Shown piece by piece: positions 1 to 9,225 of a stretch of 64,000 bases of DNA. How positions within the stretch are numbered: position 1 is the first letter of the stretch; each line of letters begins with the position of its first letter. Source of the stretch: Helicobacteraceae bacterium (GTDB lineage Bacteria > Campylobacterota > Campylobacteria > Campylobacterales > SZUA-545); assembly GCA_031286325.1 (NCBI GenBank), contig JAITUT010000044.1:27-64026 (forward strand), in the 5' to 3' direction. The translations under genes were made by a program, and so were the position numbers. The notes below the pieces were generated by a model. That model did not search any database. It saw only the letters and a list, made by a program, of their open reading frames with translations, and was not told the origin of the DNA.

Positions 1-869
1 CCCCTGTTGCTTGGTGTGCTGGTGGTTTTTTTTGTTTGTGGCCTTGTTCGTCTGGGGCGTGGGGGGTGTGGGGGGGGTTGGCGTTGGCGGGGGGCGCGAA
101 CTTCGGCAAAAACGCCGAAGCGGTCAATCAAGACCTCGTTATCCCGCTGGCAAAACGTGGCGCGTATGTAGATATGCGCTACAACTTTATCCTTAAACAC
201 AAAAATCTCACCGCGGGTTCGCAAAAAATACTAATTATCGGCGATAGTTTTTCGGGCGATCTCGTGAATATGATTTACGAGGGAGGCGTTGCGCCAAACG
301 CCGCAATTGTCCTTGAGAGAACCGCCGCCATTTGCCAACTCTACTTTGGAAATGAGGATATTTACGAATTTATAGAAGAAAAAAATCGCGCCCAGTGCAA
401 AGAAAAATGGCTGAGCGGCGAGACGCGATCGCGCATTAACAAACTCGCGCAAGAAGCCGACATAGTAGTTTTCGCGATCGCGTGGCAAAAGTGGTCTATT
501 GAGCGCATTGGCGAGACATTAGCGAATCTTGATATTCCAAAGAGCGCGAAAATTATTGTGCTCGGCTCAAAAGGTTTTGGCAAGATCAACATTAAAAGTT
601 ATCTCAATATGACGACGGAAGAGAGGACAAAAGCGCGTAATAAAGTCGATCAAAATGTCATTGTATCCTCTAAAATCGCGCGAGAAATTGCGGCGGGAAA
701 TTTTATTTTTGTCGATATTCACGCGATCGTCTGCGGAGAAAATTCGGCAGATTGCCCCGTATTCACGCCAGAAGGCAAACTGATTTCGTATGACGGATCG
801 CACCTGACCCAAGCGGGCGCGAAATTTATAGGCGAAAAGTTGAAAGAACAAGGTTTTTTGCGAAATTAA
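1..869 (+). CDS. C-terminal SGNH/GDSL-type hydrolase domain of an acyltransferase-3 (OafA-like) protein; the 5' end lies outside the window or is frame-disrupted
   Basis: The track ORF 36..869 stays open back to nt 3. The product has the SGNH blocks LIIGDSFSGD and ISYDGSHLT. A hydrophobic TM-like segment at 2..88 is in another frame, across the G tracts. Confidence 0.55.
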   Translation, partial: PVAWCAGGFFCLWPCSSGAWGVWGGLALAGGANFGKNAEAVNQDLVIPLAKRGAYVDMRYNFILKHKNLTAGSQKILIIGDSFSGDLVNMIYEGGVAPNAAIVLERTAAICQLYFGNEDIYEFIEEKNRAQCKEKWLSGETRSRINKLAQEADIVVFAIAWQKWSIERIGETLANLDIPKSAKIIVLGSKGFGKINIKSYLNMTTEERTKARNKVDQNVIVSSKIAREIAAGNFIFVDIHAIVCGENSADCPVFTPEGKLISYDGSHLTQAGAKFIGEKLKEQGFLRN

Positions 870-872
870 AAA

Positions 873-889
873 AGGCTCGTTTTTTGCTT
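873..889 (+). promoter_or_regulatory. sigma54 (RpoN)-type promoter upstream of flgE
   Basis: aGGCTCGTTTTTTGCTt has GG at 874-875 and GC at 886-887 (GG-N10-GC), close to the TGGCAC-N5-TTGC consensus. It lies about 50 nt upstream of the flgE ATG at 938. Confidence 0.6.
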
Positions 890-937
890 GTTTTTCGCAC
901 TTTGCGATCGTAAGATCGCGGCAAATCGGAGCGATAA

Positions 938-3469
938 ATGAATAGCGGATTTTATGTCGCCTTGACGGGCGCGAAAACTCACCAAGACGCGATAGATACA
1001 ACGGCGAACAATATCGCCAACTTTAACACGATCGGCTACCGCGCCTCGCGGCACGAATTCGCGACGTTATTTTCGCGTTACCTCGCCGTAAATTCAGAGA
1101 CTTTGTCCAGCGACGACGGAATCGGCGTGCGCACGAGCGCGACCACAACCGATATGCGGCTTGGCGCCTTTCAGCAGAGCGATAATGTCTTTGACCTTGC
1201 GATCGTTAGGGACGGCTGGTTCGGCGTGGTGGGGCGCAATCCCTTTGACTCGCGCGAGATCGCCTACACCCGCGCGGGCACATTCGGGCGCGACAGCACG
1301 GGTTATTTAGTAACGCAGACTGGCAACTATGTTTTGGGTAGCAGCTGGGGCAATTTGATAAATGAAAACGGCTCGTGGCGGATTCTGCCCTCCGCCGCCG
1401 CAGGCAACATCGCGGATGTCGCGGCGCAACGTCCTATCGCGATCCCGCCCGATATTTACTTCCCGCCGATCGCCACGAAAGTCGCCTCGCTAAACGCGAA
1501 TATGCCGAACTTAGCGACCTCAACGCGAGGCGCGGCGGCGGACGCCAAATTAGGCGCGCTTTACGATTCATTTGGGCAGCCTTTGGCGATCGCAAGCGGG
1601 CAAAACCTGCTCGTTTCGGCGGGCGACAACGCCGACATTACGGCAAGCGGCGGCGAGATCGCGAAAATTATTGAAACTGCCGCTTTCTCCTCGCCGATCA
1701 CATTTGAGCTAAACGGCGCGCAAATTACCGCGAATTGGGCGGCGGGCGCTGGCGCGGCGGACATCGCCCTCGCCGTAAGCGCGGCGATCAACGCGAGCGG
1801 CGCGGCGCGATCCGTTACAAACGGCGGCAAGGTAACGATCCTCTCGCAAAACTCGTTGGAACTAAAGGGCGGCGGCATCGCGCCTTGCTACGCCGAAATT
1901 TACGCGCTTGATCCCGCGCGTACGATCGGCGATCTGGCAAACAAAATGCAATCTATCGCGCAAAAAATTTACACGGAGGCGCGCGCGATCCTGCGTTATG
2001 ACGGCTCGATCGCGATTGATAATAACAACGACTCATTTTCGCTTTTGGTAACAAACGGCGGCGGCGCGACGGCGAATGTGCTCTCAAATTTCGCGGCGTT
2101 TAACGGGCTTGATACCCGCAAAGCGCAGAGCGCCGCGCTAAAAGAAGCCGCCAAAACCGCCTCCGAACGCGCGATCGCGCCAAACGGCGATATGTTGATC
2201 GTAGAGAGCCAAACGCGCCTCATAACTCCCGCGACCGCTGCCGAAGGCGCGATCTTTGCCGCCTCCGCCGCGCTGAAAAAAGAAGAAACCTTAAATGGCG
2301 CGAGCGCTTTCACCTCAATCGTTTCGGGGCAAACGGAACTTGGCTTAAAGGGCGGCGAAGATTTTTGGGCGGCATTCGGCAAACAACCCGCGTCCACAGA
2401 AGCGTTCTTAGGCTACTCAATGGGACTCGCCAGCGATCAAGCGGACGGTATTCCGCCGCGCGTGAGCTTTACATTAGACGGCGTTGCTTACGCATACGCG
2501 GGCGCGGACGGCGACAATGTGCGCGTTACGATCGCGGGAATTCAGCAGATTTTACGCGCTGCGGGTTACGAGAGCGAGGAGAGCGGCGCGCACCTCATCA
2601 TTAAACCCAAAGGAGATTCGTTGCATTTCGCAAGCGGCGCGAGCAATTTACCCGAAGTCGTGCTGCAACCGATGAGTATGGTTCGCGCGGTTTATCAAGC
2701 GGGAGAAAACGCGGCGGATTTTCTGAGCCGAATTAACGCCGCCGCGCAACTTGTGGGCGCGAGCGCGGCGATTGAGGGCGGGAAGATCGTCTATAAAAAT
2801 ACCGGCGCTTCGCAAATTGAGACCTCAATTCACAGGGCGTTTAACACGCCCGAAAACCTCTATTCGGTTTTTTCATCGCTAAATCAGACGCTTTTAGCGG
2901 GCGCTAGCGCGGAGACAAACGCGATTACGACCAGGCGAACGCTCTCCGCCGCGGATACGACTATCAGAATGGATACGAGCGGGAATGTCGCCTCAGGCGG
3001 GAGCGTTACATTAAACAACGGCGGCGAGGCGCTCGCTTTCACATTCAACATCAAGAACGACAATGCTTTGCCCGAGAGCGCGCGCGTCTCGGCGGACGGC
3101 GTCGTTGAAGGGCATTTGAAGCAATACGGGATTGACAAAAACGGGCGGATTAGCGCGTTTTTCACAAACGGCGAGCAGCGCGACATAGGGCAGATCGCGA
3201 TCTATAACTTCATCAACGATCAGGGTTTGATGCGCATTGACGGCACGATGTTTACGCAGAGTCCCAACAGCGGCGCGCCGTTTTTCTATCTTGGCGAAAA
3301 TGGCGAACTGATCTCGGAGGTCTCGGCGTATATGCTAGAGGGCAGCAACGCGCAGTCAAGCGAGACTTTGACCGATCTGATAATTTTCCAGCGATCTTTC
3401 GAGAGCTCGGCAAAGGCGATCACCACAAACGATCAGTTGATCCAAAACGCGATTGGAATGAAGAAGTAA
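938..3469 (+). CDS. flgE: flagellar hook protein FlgE (enlarged epsilonproteobacterial type)
   Basis: 843 aa. It has the N-terminal rod/hook signature TTANNIANFNTIGYR and the C-terminal block LEGSNAQSSETLTDLIIFQRSFESSAKAITT, with a long Ala/Gly/Ser-rich central insert. Confidence 0.85.
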   Translation: MNSGFYVALTGAKTHQDAIDTTANNIANFNTIGYRASRHEFATLFSRYLAVNSETLSSDDGIGVRTSATTTDMRLGAFQQSDNVFDLAIVRDGWFGVVGRNPFDSREIAYTRAGTFGRDSTGYLVTQTGNYVLGSSWGNLINENGSWRILPSAAAGNIADVAAQRPIAIPPDIYFPPIATKVASLNANMPNLATSTRGAAADAKLGALYDSFGQPLAIASGQNLLVSAGDNADITASGGEIAKIIETAAFSSPITFELNGAQITANWAAGAGAADIALAVSAAINASGAARSVTNGGKVTILSQNSLELKGGGIAPCYAEIYALDPARTIGDLANKMQSIAQKIYTEARAILRYDGSIAIDNNNDSFSLLVTNGGGATANVLSNFAAFNGLDTRKAQSAALKEAAKTASERAIAPNGDMLIVESQTRLITPATAAEGAIFAASAALKKEETLNGASAFTSIVSGQTELGLKGGEDFWAAFGKQPASTEAFLGYSMGLASDQADGIPPRVSFTLDGVAYAYAGADGDNVRVTIAGIQQILRAAGYESEESGAHLIIKPKGDSLHFASGASNLPEVVLQPMSMVRAVYQAGENAADFLSRINAAAQLVGASAAIEGGKIVYKNTGASQIETSIHRAFNTPENLYSVFSSLNQTLLAGASAETNAITTRRTLSAADTTIRMDTSGNVASGGSVTLNNGGEALAFTFNIKNDNALPESARVSADGVVEGHLKQYGIDKNGRISAFFTNGEQRDIGQIAIYNFINDQGLMRIDGTMFTQSPNSGAPFFYLGENGELISEVSAYMLEGSNAQSSETLTDLIIFQRSFESSAKAITTNDQLIQNAIGMKK

Positions 3470-3656
3470 AACGCGTTGATTTTATAGATAGATCGCAAGT
3501 TAAGGGCTAGCATACGAAACGTAAAGCGTTTACATTAAAAACCCTCGCGCCCGCAATAACGAATTTATTTGCGTATATTGCCCCGCAAATTAAAGAAATT
3601 TTTCTAATTGACGATATTAGGAAAGCAAAGGAGTTTAGGTGAAGCATTTTAAATAC

Positions 3657-3686
3657 TTGACATACCATTGTTGCAAGTCTTTAATA
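3657..3686 (+). promoter_or_regulatory. possible sigma70-like promoter
   Basis: TTGACA at 3657-3662, a 17-18 nt spacer, then TTTAAT/TTAATA at 3680-3686. An AAGGGG RBS precedes the ATG at 3704. Confidence 0.3.
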
Positions 3687-3703
3687 CTTAACATAAGGGG
3701 TAT

Positions 3704-4126
3704 ATGATGTTAGCGCTTTCCACTACAGGATATTGTTCATTTGCGCTTGCGCTCCCCATCGGATATTCTGGCGCGCCGCAAACGCGCGCTTCCTCTGGCG
3801 CGGCAAGCGCGAAGAATGCGACGGAGTCGCCGGAGAGAATTTTATTCGCGACAAAAAATCCTGACGGCACAATTACTAAACATTTCACCGACGAGGAAAT
3901 AACGGCTTTAATGCCCAAAATCCAAAGCTTGGACGATGCGTTTGCATACACTAAGCGCAGGGTTGGAGACAAAGACGCTTTTGAATCGGTCGTAAGAAGG
4001 ATGTCAAATCTTCAAAAAATGCTATTGCGCTTTAGTCGTAGACACGGATTGTCGTCAGCGGAAATTCATCTTGAGTCTTTTAACACTGAATTTCTAAAAG
4101 GTCAAATTCTCTCTGTGAAAGTATGA
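3704..4126 (+). CDS. hypothetical protein (possible signal peptide), in an AT-rich islet
   Basis: 140-aa ORF with an RBS. Its stop overlaps the next start (ATGA at 4123-4126). I recognise no motif. Confidence 0.45.
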   Translation: MMLALSTTGYCSFALALPIGYSGAPQTRASSGAASAKNATESPERILFATKNPDGTITKHFTDEEITALMPKIQSLDDAFAYTKRRVGDKDAFESVVRRMSNLQKMLLRFSRRHGLSSAEIHLESFNTEFLKGQILSVKV

Positions 4127-4731
4127 ATATAAAGAGCGGTATTGTTATAGTCGCGATCGTATGCGTTATGTTTTTTATGGCATACGTCTTTTCTGGCGAT
4201 CAATCGCCCAAGAAAAACATTCAAGAAGAATCGTTGTCTCCGCCGCGTAAAACCGAAAATATCCCTACTTATACTTTTGATATTCCAAAACTTAACGCGC
4301 GGCAAAACCCCCCCGCGAAAAACGTTTCTCGGATTACAAGAATAAGGGTAGAACCAAAAGAACACATTAGCGAAACAAACGTTAGCAATAGGCGTAATTC
4401 CACTCTTTTACGTTGCGTTTTTGATGGAAACGAGGTGTTTTTTCTTTCTCTAAAAAAAGAAGTTTTTGACAATCCGGATCGTTATACGATAAATATTTAT
4501 TCCGACAACAATAGTAGCGTCGCTGACGGGGTCGTTGAAATAGATTTTATTTATAATATAGAGATGGGCAAATCGTATGAAGTTTTCTTTAATAAGAACC
4601 CATATTCCGTAGGCGGTATTAAAGAATATGTTTCCCCAGTACCAATAAACGAAATAAAATTTACGCCGCCGGCGGGGCAAACATTTAAGCGAGAGAAAAA
4701 TATAAAAGATGTTATAGATGAAAATCAATAA
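4123..4731 (+). CDS. hypothetical membrane-anchored protein, in an AT-rich islet
   Basis: 202-aa ORF with an N-terminal TM segment (IVIVAIVCVMFFMAYVF). It is translationally coupled to the upstream ORF. Confidence 0.5.
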   Translation: MNIKSGIVIVAIVCVMFFMAYVFSGDQSPKKNIQEESLSPPRKTENIPTYTFDIPKLNARQNPPAKNVSRITRIRVEPKEHISETNVSNRRNSTLLRCVFDGNEVFFLSLKKEVFDNPDRYTINIYSDNNSSVADGVVEIDFIYNIEMGKSYEVFFNKNPYSVGGIKEYVSPVPINEIKFTPPAGQTFKREKNIKDVIDENQ

Positions 4732-4904
4732 TAATCGCGCAAGCTCTACGCGAATACACAAGCGACAAAAACTGAAAGCGAGCGAACTCGCGGCGGAGTA
4801 GCCGCTCTACTGGCGGACTTCGCCGCTGGAGCGTAGAGGCAAATTTCGCGGCTTCCCAAAGACGACGGCTTTGGTTGCAAAGATCGGCTAAAGTTTGTTC
4901 CGCG

Positions 4905-4984
4905 AAATCAACTGCTAAACTTGCCTAGTTTCATCAACTTCGCGTAGCGATTCGCGAGGCGTTCGGCGTTGGATTGGGCTGAAA
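4905..4984. repeat. about 80-bp duplicate of the accA 3' end (second copy at 5043..5122)
   Basis: aaatcaactgctaaacttgcctagtttcatcaacttcgcgtagcgattcgcgaggcgttcgg... occurs twice with 2 mismatches. Weaker similarity (gcaRagatcggct) extends about 28 bp further left of both copies. Confidence 0.85.
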
Positions 4985-5013
4985 AAAAGACAAGGGAGCT
5001 AAAGTCCCTTGTC
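4982..5013 (-). terminator. intrinsic terminator of accA
   Basis: Perfect 9-bp stem GACAAGGGA/TCCCTTGTC (4989-4997 / 5005-5013), followed on the minus strand by a T7 run (4988..4982). It lies 33 nt after the accA stop. Confidence 0.65.
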
Positions 5014-5045
5014 GCAGAGATCGGCTGGCAGTCTGTAAAATCAAA

Positions 5046-5981
5046 TCAACTGCTAAACTTGCCTAGTTTCATCAACTTCGCGTAGCGATTCGCGAGGCGT
5101 TCGGCATTGGATTGCGCTGAAAGATCGCTGACGGCTTGCAAAAAGTACTCTTTGATCGCCTCCGCCGCGCCTTTTTTGTCGCGGTGCGCGCCCATAACGG
5201 GTTCGGCGATAATGTCGTCTATCAAGCCGTAACTTTTCAGAATTTCAGGGGTGATTTTTAGGGCTTTCGTGGCGGTTTCTACTTTGCTCGGATCATTCCA
5301 CAAGATCGCGGCGCAACCCTCCGGTGAAATCACGCTGAAAACCGAGTTGCTGAGCATCGCGAGCCTATCCGCAACCGCGATCGCGAGCGCGCCGCCGCTA
5401 CCGCCTTCGCCTATCACGACGCTGATCGTAATCGCCTCAATGCCGCTAAATTCGTAGAGGTTTTTCGCGATCGCCTCGCTCTGCCCGCGCTCTTCAGCTC
5501 CCACGCCCGGATATGCCCCAGGGGTATCGACGAGCATCAAAACGGGCAAGTTGAACTTTTCGGCGAAACGCGCCGCGCGGAGCGCTTTGCGGTAGCCTTC
5601 GGGGTGCGGCATACCAAAGTTGCGCGCGATTTTGGTCTTTGTACCCCTGCCCTTCTCCTCGCCGATTACCACGCACGCCACGCCGTCAATTTCGCCCACG
5701 AAACAGACGATCGCCGAATCGTCTTTGTAATGGCGATCACCGTGCAATTCGTAGGCGTTTTGCATAATGAGTTTGATGTAATCTAGCGAGTATGGGCGAT
5801 CTTGGTGGCGGGCGAGTTGGAGACGTTGATAGTCGCTGAGGTTGCCATAGACTTTGTTGATCGCGCGCTCCATTTCGGCGGAACGCGCTTCCAAAGCTTT
5901 CTCGTCCTTGCGGATTTTGGCGAGCTCTAGCTCTTCTTCAATGCCTTTAAGAGGTTGCTCAAAATCCAGATAAAACGCCAT
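5046..5981 (-). CDS. accA: acetyl-CoA carboxylase carboxyltransferase subunit alpha
   Basis: 311 aa with typical AccA sequence (RPYSLDYI..., [10 protein letters not shown]). Confidence 0.95.
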   Translation of the reverse strand: MAFYLDFEQPLKGIEEELELAKIRKDEKALEARSAEMERAINKVYGNLSDYQRLQLARHQDRPYSLDYIKLIMQNAYELHGDRHYKDDSAIVCFVGEIDGVACVVIGEEKGRGTKTKIARNFGMPHPEGYRKALRAARFAEKFNLPVLMLVDTPGAYPGVGAEERGQSEAIAKNLYEFSGIEAITISVVIGEGGSGGALAIAVADRLAMLSNSVFSVISPEGCAAILWNDPSKVETATKALKITPEILKSYGLIDDIIAEPVMGAHRDKKGAAEAIKEYFLQAVSDLSAQSNAERLANRYAKLMKLGKFSS

Positions 5982-7225
5982 TAAACCCTCTTAAATACGA
6001 CAACGCCGTTTGTACCGCCGAAGCCGAAGCTATTGCTCATTACGGCGTCTAACTTAGCCTCGCGGGCGGTATTTGGAATGTAATCCAAATCCAAATTGCG
6101 CTCTACGTCGCGGTTTTCAAAGTTGATTGTGGGCGGCAAAACGCCTTTGTTTAACGCGCTGATCGCGATCACAGCCTCGATCGCGCCCGCGCCGCCTAGG
6201 CAATGCCCGACCGCGCCTTTGGTGCTACTCACGGGCGGTACCGCGCCGTTAAAGACCTTTTTAAGCGCCATCGTCTCATACCAATCGTTATAAACGGTGC
6301 TTGTGCCGTGCGCGTTAACATAGCCGATCTTAACGCCAGGCGCGTTCGATTCCGCCATTTTGAGCGCGGCTCGCATCGCGCGAAAAGCGCCCTCGCCCTC
6401 TTCGGCGGGGGTCGTGATATGGTAGGCGTCGCCGCTCTCGCCGATACCGATGACTTCGGCGTAAATTTTCGCGCCGCGCTTTTTGGCGATCTCGTATTCT
6501 TCGAGAACCAACGCGCCGCCGCCCTCGCCCATTACGAAACCGTCGCGATCGCGATCAAACGGGCGCGAGGCGTGTTTAGGATCGTCATTGCGCGTGGATA
6601 AGGCGCGCATTGCGGCGAAACCGCCTACGCCAACCTCGCAGATCGCGGCTTCCGACGCGATTGAGAGCGTCATATCCGCGCCGCCCGTAACGATCGTCTT
6701 GTAAGCCTCGCTGATAGAATGCGTTCCCGCCGCGCAAGCCGTTACGCAGGCGAGATTCGGACCCTTTAAGCCGTATTCAATCCCCACGAAACCGCCCAGC
6801 ATATTCGCAAGCGCGCTGGGGATAAAAAACGGCGAAATCCGCTTAGGACCCTTCTCGCTGCCGCAAATAACGGATTGCTCCTCAATGCGCGGCAGACCGC
6901 CGATCCCCGAAGCGGCGATTATGCCAAACCGCTCCGCGATCTCCCCCTCCGGCTTCTCAATGCCGCAATCTTTCATCGCCTCGCGCGCGCACCACAAGCC
7001 TAAATGAATGAAGCGATCGGCTTTTTTGACCTCTTTCGCGTCCATTACGGCAGTCGGATCAAAGCCCTTGACCTCCGCCGCAATCGTAACCGAGAGGCGT
7101 GAAATGTCGCAGAGCGTGATCACGTCTATCCCGCACTTGCCCGCCGAAATCGCGTCAAACGATTCGGCAACGCTTTTGCCAAGCGCGGAGATCATTCCCA
7201 TACCGGTAACGACAACTCGTCTCAT
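5981..7225 (-). CDS. fabF: beta-ketoacyl-ACP synthase II
   Basis: 414 aa. Active-site context ACAAGTHSI, plus the HGTST and GFGGTNG motifs. Confidence 0.95.
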   Translation of the reverse strand: MRRVVVTGMGMISALGKSVAESFDAISAGKCGIDVITLCDISRLSVTIAAEVKGFDPTAVMDAKEVKKADRFIHLGLWCAREAMKDCGIEKPEGEIAERFGIIAASGIGGLPRIEEQSVICGSEKGPKRISPFFIPSALANMLGGFVGIEYGLKGPNLACVTACAAGTHSISEAYKTIVTGGADMTLSIASEAAICEVGVGGFAAMRALSTRNDDPKHASRPFDRDRDGFVMGEGGGALVLEEYEIAKKRGAKIYAEVIGIGESGDAYHITTPAEEGEGAFRAMRAALKMAESNAPGVKIGYVNAHGTSTVYNDWYETMALKKVFNGAVPPVSSTKGAVGHCLGGAGAIEAVIAISALNKGVLPPTINFENRDVERNLDLDYIPNTAREAKLDAVMSNSFGFGGTNGVVVFKRV

Positions 7226-7234
7226 CGCGCCGCG

Positions 7235-7468
7235 CTATTTTTTAAGGTTTTCGACGTATTTGATCGCGTCCCCGACGGTCTTGATCTTCTCCGCGTCTTC
7301 GTCGGGAATCTCCACATCAAACTTCTCTTCAAGAGCCATCACCAACTCAACCACATCAAGGCTGTCCGCGCCCAAATCCTCGACGAACTTCGCCGACTCG
7401 ACGACCTCGCCCTCATCAACATTCAACTGCTCAACTACAACCGCTTTGATCTCGTCAAGTAACGCCAT
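7235..7468 (-). CDS. acpP: acyl carrier protein
   Basis: 77 aa with the LGADSLD phosphopantetheine attachment motif. Confidence 0.95.
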   Translation of the reverse strand: MALLDEIKAVVVEQLNVDEGEVVESAKFVEDLGADSLDVVELVMALEEKFDVEIPDEDAEKIKTVGDAIKYVENLKK

Positions 7469-7622
7469 AAGGAACTCCTTAAAAAAATGTAAATCGCATT
7501 TTACCAGCGAACTTCTTAACTCAGAAAAGGCTGGGCAAAATTAAGTCCGCCGCGCAAGGAACGTTTAGCTTTGTAGCGATTTTGGACATTGTAGCAAAAT
7601 CGCGATTTGTTACAATCCCGCA

Positions 7623-8690
7623 ATGAATACTTTCGGAAGTAAATTCAGATTCACGACATTCGGCGAATCGCACGGGCGCGGGATCGGTTGCGTGATAGAC
7701 GGCGTTCCCGCCGGACTTTTGATAGACGAAGCTTTTTTGCGAGCGGAGCTTGATCGCAGAAAACCCGGCGGCAAATACGCGACCAAACGCGCCGAACCAG
7801 ACGCGGCTGAAATTTTAAGCGGCGTTTTCGAGGGTTTATCAACGGGCGCGCCGATTGCGATCTGGATCGCCAACACAAACCAAAAAACCGGCGATTACGA
7901 CAATTTGCGCGATGTTTTCCGTCCCGCGCACGCGGACTTTTCGTGGTTCGCGAAATACGGCGTCCGCGATCACAGAGGCGGCGGGCGATCTAGCGCGCGC
8001 GAAACTGCGGCGCGGGTCGCGGCGGGGGCGATCGCGAAACTCATTTTGCGCGAGATCGGCGTAACGGTAGAGAGCGGCGTGTGGGCGATCGGCGGCGCGA
8101 AGTGCGAAAAAACCGATTACGAATTTGCGAAAAACAGCGAAATTTTCGCTTTGGATCGCGAATGCGAGGCGGCTTTGATCGCCGAAGTTGAGGCGGCGAA
8201 AACGGCGGGCGATTCGGTTTCGGCGATCGTGAAAATTAAGGCGAGCGGCGTTCCCGCGGGGCTAGGCGAACCGCTTTACGACAGGCTTGATTCGCGTTTG
8301 GCGGCGGCTTTAATGGGAATTAACGCGGTAAAAGAGGTCAAGATCGGCGAGACCAAAACTCGCGGGAGCAAAAATAATGACGCGATTACGCGATCGGGTT
8401 TTGCCACGAATAACGCGGGCGGCGTTTTGGGCGGCGTGAGCAGCGGCGCGGCGATCACGGCGGAGGCTATGTTTAAGCCAACGCCCTCAATTTTCACGCC
8501 GCAAAAGACGATCAATTCGCGCGGCGAAGAGCAAGAGATCGCCATTAAAGGCCGCCACGATCCGTGCGTGGGCATTCGCGGCAGTATCGTCTGCGAGGCG
8601 ATGACGGCGATCGCGCTTGCCGATCTCGCGCTCTGCAACTTGGGATCGAAGATGTCGCATCTCCAGGCGATCTACAAGGAACGAAAGTGA
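7623..8690 (+). CDS. aroC: chorismate synthase
   Basis: 355 aa. N-terminus FRFTTFGESHG..GCVIDG, and RHDPCV near the C-terminus. Confidence 0.95.
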   Translation: MNTFGSKFRFTTFGESHGRGIGCVIDGVPAGLLIDEAFLRAELDRRKPGGKYATKRAEPDAAEILSGVFEGLSTGAPIAIWIANTNQKTGDYDNLRDVFRPAHADFSWFAKYGVRDHRGGGRSSARETAARVAAGAIAKLILREIGVTVESGVWAIGGAKCEKTDYEFAKNSEIFALDRECEAALIAEVEAAKTAGDSVSAIVKIKASGVPAGLGEPLYDRLDSRLAAALMGINAVKEVKIGETKTRGSKNNDAITRSGFATNNAGGVLGGVSSGAAITAEAMFKPTPSIFTPQKTINSRGEEQEIAIKGRHDPCVGIRGSIVCEAMTAIALADLALCNLGSKMSHLQAIYKERK

Positions 8691-9154
8691 GATTTCTGTT
8701 TGTATGGTTGGCGGCAGCGATGTTTTTACGCGCCGAAAGCGAGTTGGCGCGGGCAATTGCCGCAAGCAACGCCGAACACGCGGCGCAAAACGAGAAGTGC
8801 GAAAAGAGCGCGGACAAAATAAAGTGTCTTAATTCCGAAAGTTTTAGCGCGGCGCGGGAAAAAATTTACGATCGCCTTGACGAGCTTTTAGAGAGCGGCT
8901 ATCAAAACGCGGCGGAATCTAGCGAAGCGGACGCGGCGGCGGCGTATTTCGCGGATTTGACTGGTTTTGAGTATTTGGGAACGCGCACATCGGAGGAGAT
9001 TAGCGAAAATGTCGCGGCGATCTGTGAAAGTTCGCCGCAACTCTTTGACCGCGCCCTCAAAAAGTTAACGCCGAAAGAGCGCGCTAAGTTCAAAGAGTGG
9101 TTTATGGGCAACATCAAAAGCCGCTCCGAAAAATTTTGCAAAATTTACGAGTAG
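8687..9154 (+). CDS. hypothetical secreted protein
   Basis: An in-frame GTG at 8687 overlaps the aroC stop (GTGA) and gives the signal-peptide-like start MRFLFVWLAAAMFLRA. The track start at 8564 lies inside aroC. Confidence 0.5.
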   Translation: MRFLFVWLAAAMFLRAESELARAIAASNAEHAAQNEKCEKSADKIKCLNSESFSAAREKIYDRLDELLESGYQNAAESSEADAAAAYFADLTGFEYLGTRTSEEISENVAAICESSPQLFDRALKKLTPKERAKFKEWFMGNIKSRSEKFCKIYE

Positions 9155-9225
9155 TTTTTTGCTTCTCGCGAAATTCTCGTCGCGAATATGAAGCGCAATG
9201 ACTGGAAAATTAGGAAAGGAACAAA

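Noticed and set aside
7008-7544. 178-aa + strand ORF across fabF/acpP. Similar long antisense or alternate-frame ORFs include 9606..10178, 11235..11777, 17163..17759, 33782..34306, 39464..39943 and 49638..50054.
   Set aside because: They lie antisense to, or out of frame with, strongly supported conserved genes. Their products are low-complexity Ser/Ala/Arg-rich shadows, as expected in GC-rich coding DNA.
8564-8686. Track start at 8564 for the ORF after aroC
   Set aside because: That start would overlap aroC by 127 nt. The in-frame GTG at 8687 gives a proper signal peptide.
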